In this document: positions 55,813 to 64,000 of the stretch, piece by piece
Numbering within the stretch: the stretch's first letter is position 1
Layout of the letters: each line of letters begins with the position of its first letter
Origin: Chloroflexota bacterium
GTDB taxonomy: Bacteria > Chloroflexota > UBA6077 > CF-72
Assembly (NCBI GenBank): GCA_036506475.1
Contig: DASXRR010000450.1
Span: forward strand, 913 to 64,912
Length of the DNA stretch: 64,000 nucleotides
Direction: 5' to 3'
Notes under the pieces: model-generated
What the model was told of the DNA's origin: nothing
The model's input: the letters and a program-made list of their open reading frames with translations, nothing else
Databases searched by the model: none
Program-made: the position numbers and the translations under genes

Positions 55813-56739
55813 ATGAAGATCGCAGTGGTCGGCGGGGCGGGCCGCGTTGGCGCGACGACGCTGTTCCAGCTTGTGCTCGACGGCGTTGCCCAGGAGCTCG
55901 CCGTCGTCGACGTGGTCACCGAGCGCGCCGAAGGCGAAATGCTCGACATGCTGCACGGCACCCACCTATCGCATCGCATCACGTTCAGTGGACCCGACTA
56001 CGATGCGTGCGCCGGGGCCGACTTCGTCATCATCACCGCGGGCATCCCGCGCAAGCCCGACGAAACGCGGCTGGACCTGCTCAAGAAGAACGTCGACAAC
56101 CTGCGCGACAACGTGCTGCCCACGCTGTCCAAGTACGCCGGAAACGCGTTCATCATCATGGTCGCCAACCCCGCCGACGTGTTGACCTATCAAGCCGCCG
56201 TCCACGGCGCCTTCCCGTCGGAGCGCGTGATCGGCACCGGGACGCTGCTCGACTCGACGCGGCTGCGCTCGCTGCTCGCCGATCGGCTCGACGTCAATCC
56301 GAGCCAGGTCTACGCGTACATGCTCGGCGAGCACGGCGACAGTCAGTACCCCTACCTCAGCGGTGCGACCGTCGCGGGCATTCCGCTCGAGCAGTTCCCG
56401 GGCTACTCGAAGGCGATGGTCGACGAGGTTATCCACGCCACGCGTTTCGGCGGCGCCGAGGTGATCAAGAAGAAGGGCGGCACGTTTTACGCGGTCGCGC
56501 CGATGATCGTCGAGCTGGTCAAGGCGATCGCGTACGACACCCATCAGGTGCTGCCTGTTTCGACCCGGCTGAATGGCGAGTTTCTGGACATGCGCGACGT
56601 CGCGCTGTCGCTGCCGTGCATCATCGGCAAGCAAGGACGGGTCGCGGTGGTCCCGCCACCGCTCTCGGCGGACGAGAAAACCGGCTTGTTGAACTCGTAC
56701 AACGTGCTGCGCGAAGCGCTGCAGTCCGTCGGTCTCTAA
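55813..56739 (+). CDS. mdh: LDH-like malate dehydrogenase (L-lactate/malate dehydrogenase family)
   Basis: Contains 'KIAVVGGAGRVG' and 'ITAGIPRKPDETRLDLL'; the Arg, rather than Gln, at the substrate-specificity position favours malate. Also contains 'GEHGDS'. AAGGAG lies upstream. Confidence 0.8.
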   Translation: MKIAVVGGAGRVGATTLFQLVLDGVAQELAVVDVVTERAEGEMLDMLHGTHLSHRITFSGPDYDACAGADFVIITAGIPRKPDETRLDLLKKNVDNLRDNVLPTLSKYAGNAFIIMVANPADVLTYQAAVHGAFPSERVIGTGTLLDSTRLRSLLADRLDVNPSQVYAYMLGEHGDSQYPYLSGATVAGIPLEQFPGYSKAMVDEVIHATRFGGAEVIKKKGGTFYAVAPMIVELVKAIAYDTHQVLPVSTRLNGEFLDMRDVALSLPCIIGKQGRVAVVPPPLSADEKTGLLNSYNVLREALQSVGL

Positions 56740-56755
56740 CCCGAGCGCCACGACA

Positions 56756-56771
56756 GGCCCGCGCGAGGGCC
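56756..56771 (+). terminator. Hairpin GGCCC-gcgcga-GGGCC followed by a T-containing stretch (GGTATTCTT), downstream of mdh
   Basis: Inverted repeat read directly from the sequence, 17 nt after the stop. Confidence 0.35.
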
Positions 56772-56816
56772 GGTATTCTTGAGCGCCGCGTCCGTCGCGT
56801 CGTGTGAGAGGTTGCC

Positions 56817-58508
56817 ATGGCCCGTGCCCGCGTTTCGAGCCGTCGTGAATTCCTGCGTCTAGCTGGTCTGGTCAGCCTCGGTGCCGGGGCCGGGTTACTG
56901 GTGGCGTGCGGACCGGCCGCCGTGCCCGCGACGCCAACGTCCGCGCCAGCTGCTGCCCCAACCGCACCGCCTGCCGCCGCTAAGCCGACTACGGCGCCAG
57001 CGGCCGCAGCACCGACCACCGCGCCGGCTGCCGCACCGCCAGCCACGGCCGCTCCAACGGCAGCGCCAGCCGCCAAGCCGGCCGCCGCGGCGACTGGCCA
57101 GGCGACGCTGGTGCTGGGCGTCGATGCTGAGTCACTCGATCCGTTGGTCACGACCAACGCGTTTTCACGGAGCATGATGAAGGCGATGTTCGACACGCTG
57201 GTCGTGTTGGACCCGCAGCTCGCGCCACAGCCGGCGCTGGCAACCTCGTGGGAAACACCCAACGACACCACGTGGCGCTTCAAGCTGCGCCAGGGCGTCA
57301 AGTTCCACGATGGCTCGCCGTTCAATGCGTCGGTAGCCAAGTACAGCCTGGAACGCTTCGTCGACCCGAACACGAAGAACCCCGAAGCCGCGGTCTTGAA
57401 GCCCATCACGGCCGTCAAAGTGGTTGACGATGCCACGCTCGAGCTGACCACCGATGGGCCATTCGCGGCGACCCTGACGGCAATCCAGAACGCATTCATG
57501 ATGTCGCCAACGGCGGTTCAGGCCGCGGGCGATCAGGTGGCCAAGAAGCCCATCGGCACGGGCCAGTATCGTTTCGTCGAGTGGGTCCCGGGCGAGCGCC
57601 TGGTCATGGAGGCCAATCCGGACTTTTGGGGGACGAAGGCGAAGATCCAGAAACTGATCTGGAAGCCGGTCACCGAGGCGTCAACGCGGATCGTCGCACT
57701 GCGCACGGGCGAGGCCGACCTGATCGCCAACATTCCGCCGCAGCTGATGGACCAGGTCTCTGGCCCGGACATGAAGCTGGAGAAGGTGCCCGGCATCCTG
57801 ATCACGATCATGTTCAACATGGCCATGAAGCCCTTCGACAACCCGAAGGTGCGCCAGGCGCTGAATCATGCGGTCAACGTCGACGAGATCATCCAGTTCG
57901 TCCTGGGTGGTGCTGGGACGCGGCTTGCTTCGGCCACCAAACCAGGCATGCTGGGCCACGATCCAGACCTCAAGCCATACCCATACGATCCGGCCAAAGC
58001 CAAGCAGTTATTGACCGAGGCTGGTTTTCCGAACGGCTTCGAAGCCACACTTGACGCGCCGAATGGCCGCTACCTCAACGATAAAGCCGTCGCCGAAGCA
58101 ATCGTCGGCCAGCTGAACAAAGTTGGGCTGAATATCACGCTCAATCTGCCCGAATATCCGGCGCTTGTGCAGAAGATCGTCGGACATACATCACAGTTCT
58201 ATCTGATTGGGTCGGTCGAACCAGCCACGGAAATCGCGTTTCCGCGCGCGTTCAAGACCGGTGGCGCGTTCTATCAGGCGTACGAAAACGCCCAGGTGGC
58301 CGATCTCATTGACAAGGCCAACAAAACGCTCGACCGCGGCGTACGCGAGATGCTCTTCAGGCAGGTCAACCAGCAGATCCAGCAGGACGCGCCGTGGCTG
58401 TTCCTGTACGCCCAGCAGGACACGTATGGCTTGCGTTCGCGCCTGCAGGGCTTCGAGGCGCGGCCCGATCCTTACATCATCGTGACCAACTGGTCGCTGA
58501 CGTCGTAG
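56817..58508 (+). CDS. ABC transporter substrate-binding lipoprotein, peptide/nickel (family 5, DppA/OppA-like), Tat-type signal and Ala/Pro-rich tether
   Basis: Contains 'SRREFLRLAGLV..GAGAGLLVAC' (twin-Arg plus lipobox Cys), then about 60 aa of A/P/T low complexity (nt ~56910-57095), then the family-5 SBP core ('WRFKLRQGVKFHDGSPFNA', 'RFVEWVPGERLV.EANPDFWG'). Confidence 0.85.
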   Translation: MARARVSSRREFLRLAGLVSLGAGAGLLVACGPAAVPATPTSAPAAAPTAPPAAAKPTTAPAAAAPTTAPAAAPPATAAPTAAPAAKPAAAATGQATLVLGVDAESLDPLVTTNAFSRSMMKAMFDTLVVLDPQLAPQPALATSWETPNDTTWRFKLRQGVKFHDGSPFNASVAKYSLERFVDPNTKNPEAAVLKPITAVKVVDDATLELTTDGPFAATLTAIQNAFMMSPTAVQAAGDQVAKKPIGTGQYRFVEWVPGERLVMEANPDFWGTKAKIQKLIWKPVTEASTRIVALRTGEADLIANIPPQLMDQVSGPDMKLEKVPGILITIMFNMAMKPFDNPKVRQALNHAVNVDEIIQFVLGGAGTRLASATKPGMLGHDPDLKPYPYDPAKAKQLLTEAGFPNGFEATLDAPNGRYLNDKAVAEAIVGQLNKVGLNITLNLPEYPALVQKIVGHTSQFYLIGSVEPATEIAFPRAFKTGGAFYQAYENAQVADLIDKANKTLDRGVREMLFRQVNQQIQQDAPWLFLYAQQDTYGLRSRLQGFEARPDPYIIVTNWSLTS

Positions 58509-59717
58509 ATGGCGACGCTGCTGACGAATTGCGCCGTGATCGACGGCGTGACGGATAGTGCGCGCCTCGACACGAGCGTGCTGGTCGACGGCAACACGAT
58601 TCGGGCCGTCGGCGTACGCGACGAGCTCAAGCAGCAGGCAGCGCACGAAGTCGATCTGAACGGCGCCTATGTCATGGCTGGTCTGGCCAACATGCACGTC
58701 CACTTCGGACTGATCCTGCCCGGCATCGCTGGCGACCGCCTGGTCAACGAGACGGAAGCCGCGCACGCCCTGCGCATGGCCCAGAACGCCCGTGAGACGC
58801 TGCGCGCGGGCATCACGACGGTCCGCCTGGTCGGCGAGCGCAAGCATGCCGACTTTGCCCTCAAAGCATCGATTGCCAGTGGCGAAACCCAGGGTCCGCG
58901 CATCTTCACGGCCGGTATGGCGGTCATCGCCACCGGCGGACACGGTCACACCCGGGCGGGCACGATCGAGGCCGACGGTGCCGATGACTTTCGCAAGAAG
59001 GTGCGCTTGCAGCTCAAGGCCGGCGCCGATCTGATCAAGATCTGCATCTCGGGTGGCATCGCCGGCGAGCACGAGGCGATCCGTGATGCCCAGCTGTCGC
59101 GGGACGAGATGCGCGCGGTGATGGACACCGCCCATGGCTCGGGCAAGAAAGTTACCGCCCACGCTGGTCCATCGGGTGCGATCCGCGATGCGATCGAGTG
59201 TGGCCTGGATTGCGTCGAGCACGGCTACTTCCTCGATCCCGAGACGATCGCGCTGATGGTCCAGCGCGGCGTGTGGTATGTGCCGACCATCGTCGTCTCG
59301 CGCTGCGAGGAGTTCTTCCACAAGATCGGCGCGCCCGAGTGGATGATCCGCAAGGCGCTCGAGGCAGGCAAGCTGCACTTCGCGGCCCTGCAGGGTGCGA
59401 TCCAGGCGGGGGTGCAGATCGCGCTGGGCACGGACATGATGCCGGCCGAGCCGTACGAAGGCACCACGGCGACGGTGCGTGAGCTCGAGTTCTACGTCGA
59501 GGCCGGTATGACGCCGCTCCAGGCGGTGCGGGTGGCGACGATCAAACCGGCCGAGTGGCTCGGCGTTGCGAATCGACAGGGGACGGTCGAAGCGGGCAAG
59601 CTGGCCGATCTGATCGCCGTCGATGGCGACCCGACCGTGAGCATCTCGAACCTGCGCAACCTGCGCTTCGTCATGCACGACGGGCAGATCGTGCGGCATG
59701 ATCCGCATTCGGCCTGA
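58509..59717 (+). CDS. Metal-dependent amidohydrolase (amidohydrolase_1 family, imidazolonepropionase/prolidase-like)
   Basis: Contains 'GLANMHVHF' (HxH), 'DLIKICISGG', 'VTAHA', 'VEHG' and 'LGTDM'. The ATG lies immediately after the SBP stop. Confidence 0.8.
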   Translation: MATLLTNCAVIDGVTDSARLDTSVLVDGNTIRAVGVRDELKQQAAHEVDLNGAYVMAGLANMHVHFGLILPGIAGDRLVNETEAAHALRMAQNARETLRAGITTVRLVGERKHADFALKASIASGETQGPRIFTAGMAVIATGGHGHTRAGTIEADGADDFRKKVRLQLKAGADLIKICISGGIAGEHEAIRDAQLSRDEMRAVMDTAHGSGKKVTAHAGPSGAIRDAIECGLDCVEHGYFLDPETIALMVQRGVWYVPTIVVSRCEEFFHKIGAPEWMIRKALEAGKLHFAALQGAIQAGVQIALGTDMMPAEPYEGTTATVRELEFYVEAGMTPLQAVRVATIKPAEWLGVANRQGTVEAGKLADLIAVDGDPTVSISNLRNLRFVMHDGQIVRHDPHSA

Positions 59718-61323
59718 ACTCGTCTTCGACAACGCGAACGTCCTGACCATGGCCGCGGCCCAACCGCGTGCCAAGGCGCTCGCTATCGGCGACGGTCGGA
59801 TCGTGGCGGTCGGCTCGTCAAGCGAGGTCCGCGCCGCCGCACCACGTGCACAGCACGTGGATCTCGCAGGCCGCACGGTCTTGCCCGGGTTCATCGACGC
59901 CCATGCGCACGTCTCGCAGGTCGGCCACGAGCTGCAGAAAGTGAATCTCGCGCCATGCCGCTCGATCGCCGACGTGCTGCGTGCTGTTGGCGAGCGCGCG
60001 AGGTCGACGCCCAAAGGCGAGTGGGTCGAGGGCTCGGCCATGTGGCACGAAACCGCGCTGGCTGAGAAGCGCTTTCCAACCCGCCGCGAGCTCGACGCCG
60101 CAGCGCCCGATCATCCCGTCTATTTGCCGCGCGGCACGCGCTTCTTCGCCGTGTGCAACTCACTTGCTTTACAGCTGGCGGGTATCGACGAGCACACCCC
60201 AGAGCCCGACGGCGGCCAGTTCAACCGCGACCCTGTCAGCGGTGAGCTGACCGGCCTCTTACTGCAGCGACCTGCGTTCGCCCTGGTCCAGCGCCTGTTG
60301 CCGAAGCCCGATGCCAGCGCCAAACGGCGCGCCATCCAGCACGGTCAAAAGCTCTTCAGCCGCGCTGGCGTGACCAGTGTCGTCGACCCGGCGCTGTTGC
60401 CGGATGCCCAACGCGCGTACGTGGAGCTGTGGGCTGAAGGCGCATTCACGCTGCGCACCAACATGACGACGATTCTGGACATGAGCGTGCCGCTGTCGCT
60501 GTCGCGCGAGGAGCTGCTGGCGAAAGTAGATGCGCTCGGCCCGAGCTCGGGTTTTGGCGATGAAACGTTGCGGCTGGGCCAGCTCAAGCTGTTCGTCGAC
60601 GGCTTCGTCGAGACCGCCTGGCTACACGACGGTTACGCCAATGATCCGACCTTTCACGGTGTCCAGGCTGTGCCGCGGGACACCCTGATCGAGGCGGTGT
60701 GCCTGGCCAACCGTAACGGCTGGCAAGTCGGCGTCCACTGTGTCGGCGATGCCGCGGTCGACCTGGCGCTGGATGCGTTGGAAGCGGCCGACCGGGAACG
60801 TCCTATCAGCGGCCGCCGCTGGTCCTTGATGCACGCCGTGTTTGCCAGTCCATCGGCCATGGAGCGCGCCAGAAAGCTGGGCGTGGTCATCTCGGCCCAA
60901 CAGCTGCTGGTCTACGCGTTCGCGCCGACGATGCGCGCGTGCTGGGGCGAGGCTCGTATGCAGCATGCGTCGCCCCATCGAACATGGTTGGATCGTGGCC
61001 TGGTGGTCGCCGCGGGCAGCGACGTGGTGCCGTTCGAGCCGCTGCTGGGCATCCAATCGCTGGTCACCCGCGAAACACTCGCCGCGGGCATCGTCGGCCC
61101 TGGCGAGCGCGTTTCGCGCACCGAAGCGCTGCACATGTACACCGTTGCTGGTGCGTACCTGACGCACGAAGAGCAGTTGAAGGGCTCGCTCGAAGTCGGC
61201 AAGCTAGCCGATCTGGTCATCCTCGATGGCGATCCGCTGACCTGTCCCCAGACCGAGATCAAAAACATCCCGATCGTAGCCACTCTGCTGGGCAGCCAGG
61301 TGACATACGGCGCGCTGCCGTGA
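59698..61323 (+). CDS. Amidohydrolase_3 (YtcJ-like) family metal-dependent hydrolase
   Basis: Contains 'LPGFIDAHAHV', 'KLFVDG', 'VGVHCVGD', 'SLMHA', 'AGSD' and 'GSLEVGKLADLVILD.DPL'. Overlaps the upstream gene by 20 nt. Confidence 0.8.
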   Translation: MIRIRPELVFDNANVLTMAAAQPRAKALAIGDGRIVAVGSSSEVRAAAPRAQHVDLAGRTVLPGFIDAHAHVSQVGHELQKVNLAPCRSIADVLRAVGERARSTPKGEWVEGSAMWHETALAEKRFPTRRELDAAAPDHPVYLPRGTRFFAVCNSLALQLAGIDEHTPEPDGGQFNRDPVSGELTGLLLQRPAFALVQRLLPKPDASAKRRAIQHGQKLFSRAGVTSVVDPALLPDAQRAYVELWAEGAFTLRTNMTTILDMSVPLSLSREELLAKVDALGPSSGFGDETLRLGQLKLFVDGFVETAWLHDGYANDPTFHGVQAVPRDTLIEAVCLANRNGWQVGVHCVGDAAVDLALDALEAADRERPISGRRWSLMHAVFASPSAMERARKLGVVISAQQLLVYAFAPTMRACWGEARMQHASPHRTWLDRGLVVAAGSDVVPFEPLLGIQSLVTRETLAAGIVGPGERVSRTEALHMYTVAGAYLTHEEQLKGSLEVGKLADLVILDGDPLTCPQTEIKNIPIVATLLGSQVTYGALP

Positions 61324-62237
61324 CGACCTACCTCGTCCGCCGACTGCTGCAGGCCGTGCTGGTGCTGGTCGCGGTCAGCATCCTGGCATTTGCGCTGATC
61401 TATCTGGCCGGCGATCCCGTGCGCGCTCTGGTGCCGCCTGACACCCGCGCCGAAGACGTCGAGAACATCCGCCGCGGCTTCGGCCTCGACCAGCCACTCT
61501 ATGTGCAGTACGCGCGCTTCGTCGAGCGGGCGGTGCAGGGCGATCTGGGCCAATCGTTCAAGTACCGCACCAGCGCCATGGAGCTCGTGCTGCAGCGCCT
61601 GCCACATACCTTGCTCCTGGCGACCGCGAGCATCTTGATCGCTATCGTGGTCGCCATTCCGCTGGGCGTCCTGGCCGCCACGCGCCGCGGGCGCCTGACC
61701 GACGTCATCGCCACTGGCGTTGCCCTGCTGAGCATTTCGACGCCCGCCTTCTGGCTCGGCCTGATCGGCATTCTTGTCTTTGCCGACGCACTGCGCGTGC
61801 TGCCCGCCTCGGGCGCGGGCACCTGGCAGCACCTCGTGCTGCCGGCGATCACGCTCTCGGCGTACAGCGTTGGACTGGTGAGTCGCCTGGTGCGCGCGAC
61901 GATGATCGACATCCTGCGCCAGAACTACATCGTCGCCGCGCGCGCCAAAGGCTTGAGCTGGGTCGCCGTGAACTACCGGCACGCGCTGCGCAATGGCCTG
62001 ATCCCAACGGTCACCGTGCTCGGGCTGCAGTTCGGGGCACTGTTGGGCGGCTCGGTGGTCGTCGAGTCGGTCTTTGCCTACCCCGGCCTGGGCTTCCTGC
62101 TGGTCCAGTCGATCAACAGCCGCGACCTGCCGCTGGTGCGCGCCATCGTGCTGGTCATTTCGCTGTTTTTCGTGCTGATCAATCTCGCCGTGGACCTGCT
62201 TTATAGCTCGCTCGATCCACGCATTCGGTATGCGTAA
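61320..62237 (+). CDS. ABC transporter permease (DppB/OppB-like)
   Basis: GTGA overlap with the upstream gene. Contains 'YLVRRLLQAVLVL', 'GLDQPLYVQY..F' and the EAA-type loop 'YIVAARAKGLS......RHALRN'. Confidence 0.9.
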   Translation: MTTYLVRRLLQAVLVLVAVSILAFALIYLAGDPVRALVPPDTRAEDVENIRRGFGLDQPLYVQYARFVERAVQGDLGQSFKYRTSAMELVLQRLPHTLLLATASILIAIVVAIPLGVLAATRRGRLTDVIATGVALLSISTPAFWLGLIGILVFADALRVLPASGAGTWQHLVLPAITLSAYSVGLVSRLVRATMIDILRQNYIVAARAKGLSWVAVNYRHALRNGLIPTVTVLGLQFGALLGGSVVVESVFAYPGLGFLLVQSINSRDLPLVRAIVLVISLFFVLINLAVDLLYSSLDPRIRYA

Positions 62238-63036
62238 TCCGGCCCTGGTCGTGGGCCTGGGCATCGTTGGCCTGGTGGTGCTGCTGGCCGTCTTCGCGCC
62301 CATCCTTGCTCCCCACGACTACCGCGATCAGCAGCTGCCCAAAGTGCTGTTGCCGCCCTTCTGGCAGGCGCGCGCCGACCCGTCGTACCTGCTGGGTACC
62401 GACCATCTGGGGCGCGACCTGCTCAGCCGCATTCTGTTTGGTGCCCGTACCAGCTTGCTCGTAGGCGGCGGCGGCGTGCTCATCGCCGGCTCGCTGGGCG
62501 TCTCACTTGGCCTTGTTGCTGGCTACTTCGGCCGCTTCGTCGACGATGCGATCATGCGCCTGGTCGACGTCCAGTTGTCGTTTCCGCCGATCTTCCTGGT
62601 CATCGCGATCATGGCTGTGATCGGCCAGTCACTCTTGAACGTGGTGCTGGTGCTGGGGCTGGTGACGTGGGTCCAGTATGCGCGCGTCGTCCGCGGAACC
62701 ACTCTGTCGGTCAAGGAGAAGGACTATGTCGAGGGTGCGCGCGCTTGCGGTGCCGGACACGTGCGCATTCTCGTTCGCCACATCCTGCCCAATATCTTGC
62801 CGTCGGTCGTCGTCATCGCCACGGTCAACGTCAGCACGCTCATCCTGGCCGAAGCTGCGCTGAGCTTCTTGGGCCTGGGTGTCCAGCCACCGACGCCCGC
62901 CTGGGGCACGATGCTCGCTGAAGGCCGCGAGGTGTTCCGCATCGCCTGGTGGACCGCTGTCTTCCCGGGCCTGGCCATCCTGGTCACCGTTCTCGGCATC
63001 AACCTGCTCGGCGACGGCCTCGACACAACCCGCTGA
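62230..63036 (+). CDS. ABC transporter permease (DppC/OppC-like)
   Basis: Contains 'LGTDHLGRDLLSRIL.GARTSL' and 'YVEGARACGAGH.RIL.RHILPN'. Overlaps the upstream permease by 8 nt. Confidence 0.9.
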   Translation: MRNPALVVGLGIVGLVVLLAVFAPILAPHDYRDQQLPKVLLPPFWQARADPSYLLGTDHLGRDLLSRILFGARTSLLVGGGGVLIAGSLGVSLGLVAGYFGRFVDDAIMRLVDVQLSFPPIFLVIAIMAVIGQSLLNVVLVLGLVTWVQYARVVRGTTLSVKEKDYVEGARACGAGHVRILVRHILPNILPSVVVIATVNVSTLILAEAALSFLGLGVQPPTPAWGTMLAEGREVFRIAWWTAVFPGLAILVTVLGINLLGDGLDTTR

Positions 63037-63091
63037 CGGCCCCAAAAAAGAAATCAGAACGCATGTTCGGAAATGGCCTTACACTTCCGCC

Positions 63092-63592
63092 ATGGTTCGC
63101 GCGCGGTCGATTTCAGTCAGGACCTGCATCCGATGCGTACAGCCCATCGGGCGCACCAGCAGCAAGTACTGCAGCAACGCGTGTCAGCATGCGACCCAGT
63201 ACGACCGTTACATTGCGCTTTGGCTTAGCGGCGCCGTCAGTGGCGGGTCGATCGGCAAAGTCTCGGGCCATGTCCGGCGCTACCTTCTGCTGGTCTACGG
63301 CGAACAGTGCTCACGCTGTGGCTGGGCCGAACGCCATCCTACGACCGGGCGAGTGCCACTCGAGGTCGATCACCTCAATGGCAACTACGCCGACAACTCG
63401 CCTGACAACTTGCGCCTGCTGTGCGCGAGCTGCCACTCGTTGACGCCGACTTTCAGGGCCCTCAATCGAGGTAGTGGACGGCCATTTCAGACCGTCAGGC
63501 GCGAGCGGGAGCCGGCAGGGGGATTCGAACCCTCGACACCCGCTTTACAAGAGCGGTGCTCTACCCCTGAGCTATGCCGGCCAGCGCCGTGA
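63092..63592 (+). CDS. HNH endonuclease-domain protein (3' end runs antisense across tRNA-Thr)
   Basis: Contains 'CIRC......SKYCSNAC' (zinc-ribbon-like) and 'CSRCGW......LEVDHLNGN..DN.P.NLRLLCASCH' (HNH). The first in-frame stop is at 63590-63592, after the ORF has crossed the whole tRNA gene on the other strand. The start ATG 63092 was chosen from composition. Confidence 0.65.
   Translation: MVRARSISVRTCIRCVQPIGRTSSKYCSNACQHATQYDRYIALWLSGAVSGGSIGKVSGHVRRYLLLVYGEQCSRCGWAERHPTTGRVPLEVDHLNGNYADNSPDNLRLLCASCHSLTPTFRALNRGSGRPFQTVRREREPAGGFEPSTPALQERCSTPELCRPAP
63510..63581 (-). tRNA. tRNA-Thr, anticodon TGT
   Basis: Manual cloverleaf: acceptor GCCGGCA/TGCCGGC, D-arm GCTC-AGGGGTA-GAGC, anticodon arm CCGCT-CTTGTAA-AGCGG, variable GTGTC, T-arm GAGGG-TTCGAAT-CCCCC (one A-C mismatch), discriminator T. 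CCA is not encoded. Confidence 0.85.
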
Positions 63593-63614
63593 AGTATACG
63601 GCCGCGCAATCAGG

Positions 63615-64000
63615 TCAGCGGAGCGAGAGTGCAGGTGCCGACGAACCCTGAAGGGCCCGTTCGGCCACCTCGGGCAGGTCCAGGTGCGTTCGGTGCAGCG
63701 CCAGGCCGACGGCTTCGGCCGCCAGCTCGGCGCAGCGCGCGATCTCCTCGTCACGGGCTCGGCCGACCATCCACGCCGTGCGCGCCGCATGCAGCGCGGC
63801 GCGTGCTGCATTGGCGGCCATGAGCTCCTCGTGCTGGGCCACCCCGCTGCCTCGATCCGAGGCCGACTCCATGGCATCGGCCATCGCCCGCGCCGCCACG
63901 CCTGAGTTGTCCAGGCCCGCCAGCCAGCTTTCGGCCCACTGCGAGAACTCGACCGCGTCGGTGCCGACAGCAAATGCAGCCTGAGCGCACAGCACCGAAA
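63615..64000 (-). CDS. Ala-rich helical hypothetical protein, C-terminal part (5' end probably outside the window)
   Basis: Of the two overlapping minus-strand ORFs here, this frame has a protein-like composition; the other is Arg/Trp/Pro-rich. The frame is still open at nt 64000. No family was recognised with confidence. Confidence 0.4.
   Translation of the reverse strand, partial: SVLCAQAAFAVGTDAVEFSQWAESWLAGLDNSGVAARAMADAMESASDRGSGVAQHEELMAANAARAALHAARTAWMVGRARDEEIARCAELAAEAVGLALHRTHLDLPEVAERALQGSSAPALSLR

Noticed and set aside
56910-57095. A repetitive-looking GC-rich stretch (gcc/ccg/acc codons) at the 5' end of the SBP gene.
   Set aside because: It is an in-frame Ala/Pro/Thr low-complexity tether of a lipoprotein. 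It has no exact nucleotide repeat unit and is not an independent element.
58191-60041. A 616-aa ORF on the minus strand. Similar long antisense ORFs occur at 44576-45979, 60912-62303, 34760-35980, 36744-37841, 41266-42294, 53713-54708 and 15729-16724.
   Set aside because: All lie antisense to genes with unmistakable family motifs (amidohydrolases, topA, permeases, glyA, nfeD/eno, tpiA/kinase, pckG, GT4). Their translations are Arg/Gly/His/Asp-rich with no recognisable motifs. These are typical shadow ORFs of GC-rich DNA.

Overview
GC-rich bacterial chromosomal segment. The lineage cannot be determined from sequence alone. A sortase, a lipoprotein-type solute-binding protein and the absence of any outer-membrane export gene suggest a monoderm-like envelope. 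Coding density is very high, and many adjacent genes share 4-nt GTGA/ATGA start-stop overlaps. There are three blocks. (1) nt ~950-30750 is a ~30-kb Wzx/Wzy-type surface-glycan/EPS locus. It holds a GT2, a flippase, a DegT aminotransferase, four tandem paralogous secreted beta-helix proteins interrupted by a decayed ATP-grasp gene, and a Wzy/O-antigen-ligase-like protein. These are followed by a 12-gene translationally coupled operon: a deacetylase-ATP-grasp fusion, four GT4 enzymes, two AsnB-type amidotransferases, a second deacetylase, a GH4-like enzyme, a FemAB-like transferase and two Wzz-P-loop fusion proteins with degenerate ATPase motifs. A convergent priming sugar transferase closes the locus. 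(2) nt ~31000-56750 is mostly housekeeping: amidase, osmC, SDR, glyA, nfeD, eno-gap-pgk-tpiA, dprA-topA, pepP-like, efp, a lysine-less BCCP-like gene, xseAB, sortase, a WYL regulator, a GT-C-like membrane protein, DinB, tRNA-Arg, pckG and mdh. (3) nt ~56800-63040 is a peptide-type ABC uptake operon with two embedded amidohydrolases and no ATPase genes. It is followed by an HNH endonuclease ORF that runs antisense through a tRNA-Thr gene. The best candidate for something undescribed is the glycan locus: its four-paralog secreted beta-helix array, its two-module operon ending twice in pseudo-kinase co-polymerases, and its predicted amidation and amino-acid-ligation chemistry. No CRISPR array, rRNA, integrase or transposase was seen. 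All functional calls come from motif recognition by eye in the supplied translations; no database search was run.
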